Shown: one piece after another, positions 61,378-64,000 of the stretch
Position numbering within the stretch: position 1 is the stretch's first letter
Layout of the letters: the number at the start of each line of letters is the position of its first letter
Assembly (NCBI GenBank): GCA_965243395.1
Contig: CBDEUS010000002.1
Coordinates: 256,001-320,000, forward strand
From: Gammaproteobacteria bacterium
GTDB lineage: Bacteria; Pseudomonadota; Gammaproteobacteria; UBA4575
Reading direction: 5' to 3'
Length of the DNA stretch: 64,000 bases
The notes under the pieces: model-generated
Databases searched by the model: none
The model's input: only the letters and a program-made list of their open reading frames with translations
What the model was told of the DNA's origin: nothing
Position numbers and translations under genes: made by a program

Positions 61378-62940
61378 ATGGCAGAACATCGCGCCCTTTT
61401 TAAGTCCACTGCAGTCATCAGCCTGATGACCTTTTTTTCCAGAATATTCGGCTATATTCGTGATGCCGTGATCTTCATCTTCCTGGGTGCAACGGGGAGT
61501 ACAGATGCTTTTTTTGTGGCTTTTCGTATCCCAAATTTTTTGCGTCGGCTATTTGCCGAAGGCGCATTTTCACAAGCCTTTGTACCTGTACTTTCCGAAT
61601 ATAAAGAGAAGCATAGCGAACAAGAGCTCAAGAATTTAGTCAACCATGTTTCGGGTGTGCTGGGGTTAATCTTGTTACTCATTACAATCATCGGTGTTTT
61701 GGTTGCGCCCTTACTTATATATGTATTCGCGCCTGGCTTTGCTGATGAACCACAACGTTTTGATCTTGCAGGGCAACTGCTGCGTATCACTTTTCCTTAT
61801 ATTTTATTTATTTCTCTTACTGCTTTATCTGCGGGAATATTAAATACATTTAACAAGTTTGCCGTACCAGCCTTCACACCTACTTTTTTAAATTTATCAT
61901 TGATTGCAGCCACTTTATGGTTAGCTCCGATGTTTGAACAGCCTGTTGTTGCGCTTGCATGGGGTGTATTTATCGCAGGAGTTGTACAACTATTGTTTCA
62001 AATTCCTTTTTTATATCGGTTGGGATTGCTACCCAAGTTTTCGTTACATGGAGCAAGCGAAGGGGTTAGAAAAATAGGTCGATTAATGTTGCCTGCAATT
62101 TTTGGGTCCTCTGTTGTTCAGATCAACATTATTATTAACACGCTAATCGCATCTTTTTTAATTGCAGGAAGTATCAGCTGGCTATATATATCAGATCGAT
62201 TTGTAGAATTACCATTGGCAATATTTGGAATTGCTACGGCTACAGTCATCTTGCCGCGTCTTTCTAAACAGTTTGTAAACCAGTCAACATCCGGTTTTAA
62301 TCAAACGCTTGAGTGGGCATTGAAACTATCGATATTAATTGCCATACCGAGTACCGTCGGATTAATAATCTTGGCGAAACCAATCTTAACTTCACTTATT
62401 CAATATCGTGAATTCACACTACACGACACCAATATGGCATCTTTGAGTTTGATGACCTATGCATTGGGTTTGCCCGCGTTCATATTAATTAAGGTGTTAG
62501 CCCCCGGATTTTATTCACGTCAAGATACGAAAACACCGGTCAAAATCGGCATCATCGCCATGTTCTGCAACATCATATTAAACTTGTTATTTTTGTGGCT
62601 ATGGATCAAATATGAGTTACCGGGCCCACATGCAGCACTTGCGCTCGCCACATCGATTGCTGCCTATATAAATGCGTCTCTACTATTTACTACTTTGTTG
62701 AAAACAACAGAATTCAGCTTGAAAACCGGATGGTCAAAATATTTAACGCAGATTATTATCGCCAGCGCAGTAATGTTGTTCGTACTTTTACAAGTGTTGC
62801 CTGCTTCTCCTCAGTGGCTAGAGTGGACTGTTTTTTGGCGAATAGCTATTTTGCTGGGCTTTATGTTATTGGGCACAGTACTGTATATTGTCGCGCTGGC
62901 CATAGTGGGCATACGTAAAAAAGACTTTGTACTCCAGTGA
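61378..62940 (+). CDS. murJ: lipid II flippase MurJ
   Basis: SRIFGYIRD, AFRIPNFLRRLFAEGAFSQAFVP, DRFVELP, FYSRQDTKTP. Confidence 0.97.
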   Translation: MAEHRALFKSTAVISLMTFFSRIFGYIRDAVIFIFLGATGSTDAFFVAFRIPNFLRRLFAEGAFSQAFVPVLSEYKEKHSEQELKNLVNHVSGVLGLILLLITIIGVLVAPLLIYVFAPGFADEPQRFDLAGQLLRITFPYILFISLTALSAGILNTFNKFAVPAFTPTFLNLSLIAATLWLAPMFEQPVVALAWGVFIAGVVQLLFQIPFLYRLGLLPKFSLHGASEGVRKIGRLMLPAIFGSSVVQINIIINTLIASFLIAGSISWLYISDRFVELPLAIFGIATATVILPRLSKQFVNQSTSGFNQTLEWALKLSILIAIPSTVGLIILAKPILTSLIQYREFTLHDTNMASLSLMTYALGLPAFILIKVLAPGFYSRQDTKTPVKIGIIAMFCNIILNLLFLWLWIKYELPGPHAALALATSIAAYINASLLFTTLLKTTEFSLKTGWSKYLTQIIIASAVMLFVLLQVLPASPQWLEWTVFWRIAILLGFMLLGTVLYIVALAIVGIRKKDFVLQ

Positions 62941-62961
62941 TAATAAATCTAATTCAACTAT

Positions 62962-63894
62962 ATGCAGCTCATCCGTCATATCCATTCCTATAAAAATAGC
63001 TCCAGTGGCTGCATAGCCACGATTGGAAATTTTGATGGAGTGCATCTGGGTCATCAAAAAGTTGTCTCCAAGATCGTTCAAAAAAGTAAAGAACTTAGCT
63101 TACCTTCTATGGTAATTACCTTTGAGCCCACTGCTAAAGAATTTTTCCTAAAAAAACATGCCCCCGCACGATTGACGAATTTTCGAGAAAAGTTTTGCCA
63201 AATTCATGAGCTGGGAATCGATCTATTTGTATGTCTTCAATTCAATAAAGAATTAGCGAATATGCCAGCAGAAGTTTTTATTAAAGATATATTAATAGAT
63301 GCATTACGCATCAAACATCTCGCCGTAGGAGATAACTTTCGTTTTGGAAAAGATCGCAAAGGTGACTTTGCATTACTTCAAGAATATGCAGAAAAATTTA
63401 ATTACGAAGTCAATGATACGCTAAGTTTTACCCACAATGATTTGCGTGTAAGTAGTACGCTAATTCGTGAATATTTAGCAAATGGCGCACTAAATCGTGC
63501 TAAAGAAATGCTTGGGCGTGATTATTCTATGTCCGGGCATGTTATACATGGTGATAAAAATGGTCGCACAATTGGTTTTCCAACTGCTAATATTCCTATC
63601 AAACGTAAAAAATCTGCAGTCAACGGCGTATTTGCTGTAGACGTATTAATGGAAAATGGTGAAAAACTTCATGGAGTTGCAAACATCGGGCATCGCCCTA
63701 CAGTTGGCGGTACACGAACACAGTTAGAAGTTCATGTTTTTCAATTATCGCACGAAATATATGGCAACCATCTTAGCGTAACGTTTCGAAAAAAACTTCG
63801 TGACGAAAAAAAATTTGACTCATTTGAAGAATTAAAAGAACAAATCAAACTTGATACTCAATCTGCGCAAGACTTTTTTGGTATTGCTGCATAG
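62962..63894 (+). CDS. ribF: bifunctional riboflavin kinase/FAD synthetase
   Basis: [35 protein letters not shown]. Confidence 0.97.
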   Translation: MQLIRHIHSYKNSSSGCIATIGNFDGVHLGHQKVVSKIVQKSKELSLPSMVITFEPTAKEFFLKKHAPARLTNFREKFCQIHELGIDLFVCLQFNKELANMPAEVFIKDILIDALRIKHLAVGDNFRFGKDRKGDFALLQEYAEKFNYEVNDTLSFTHNDLRVSSTLIREYLANGALNRAKEMLGRDYSMSGHVIHGDKNGRTIGFPTANIPIKRKKSAVNGVFAVDVLMENGEKLHGVANIGHRPTVGGTRTQLEVHVFQLSHEIYGNHLSVTFRKKLRDEKKFDSFEELKEQIKLDTQSAQDFFGIAA

Positions 63895-63902
63895 TAAATT
63901 CC

Positions 63903-64000
63903 ATGACTGATTACAAAAATACATTAAATTTGCCAAAAACTTCGTTTGCGATGAAAGCTAATCTCGCGCAACGCGAACCCGAGATGTTAAAAAAATGGGA
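63903..64000 (+). CDS. ileS: isoleucyl-tRNA synthetase, 5' fragment
   Basis: Manual translation [32 protein letters not shown]; ribF-ileS synteny. Confidence 0.95.
   Translation, partial: MTDYKNTLNLPKTSFAMKANLAQREPEMLKKW

Overview
AT-rich chromosomal segment of a gammaproteobacterium with Pseudomonas-like gene order; a marine or oligotrophic lifestyle is inferred from gene content. Housekeeping blocks, in window order: lysA(partial)-lptM, argH/algZ-algR-hemCDXY, an atypical 10-gene Mrp Na+/H+ antiporter operon, gmk-rpoZ-spoT-ridA-recG, gspAB, pntAB, ispB, rplU-rpmA-obgE-proB, rpsT and murJ-ribF-ileS(partial). Two parts stand out. (1) A ~19 kb phosphate-starvation supercluster (phoU-pstBAC-pstS-phoR-phoB, OprO/P porin, stand-alone choice-of-anchor-I propeller, dgkA, PAP2 phosphatase, plcP-like phosphoesterase plus GT4, ppk1, ppx) with Pho-box arrays at six or seven promoters. 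(2) An accessory block at 26-31 kb with two unrecognised tandem paralogues sharing a helical domain and a C-terminal HTH-like domain, a TMEM143/DUF3754-like protein and an EHAG-repeat lipoprotein. Also notable are an RNA polymerase omega subunit with a ~120 aa acidic tail and a His/Cys-rich repeat protein. No rRNA, tRNA, CRISPR, transposase, integrase or phage gene was recognised. All family calls are from motif recognition by eye; no database search was run.
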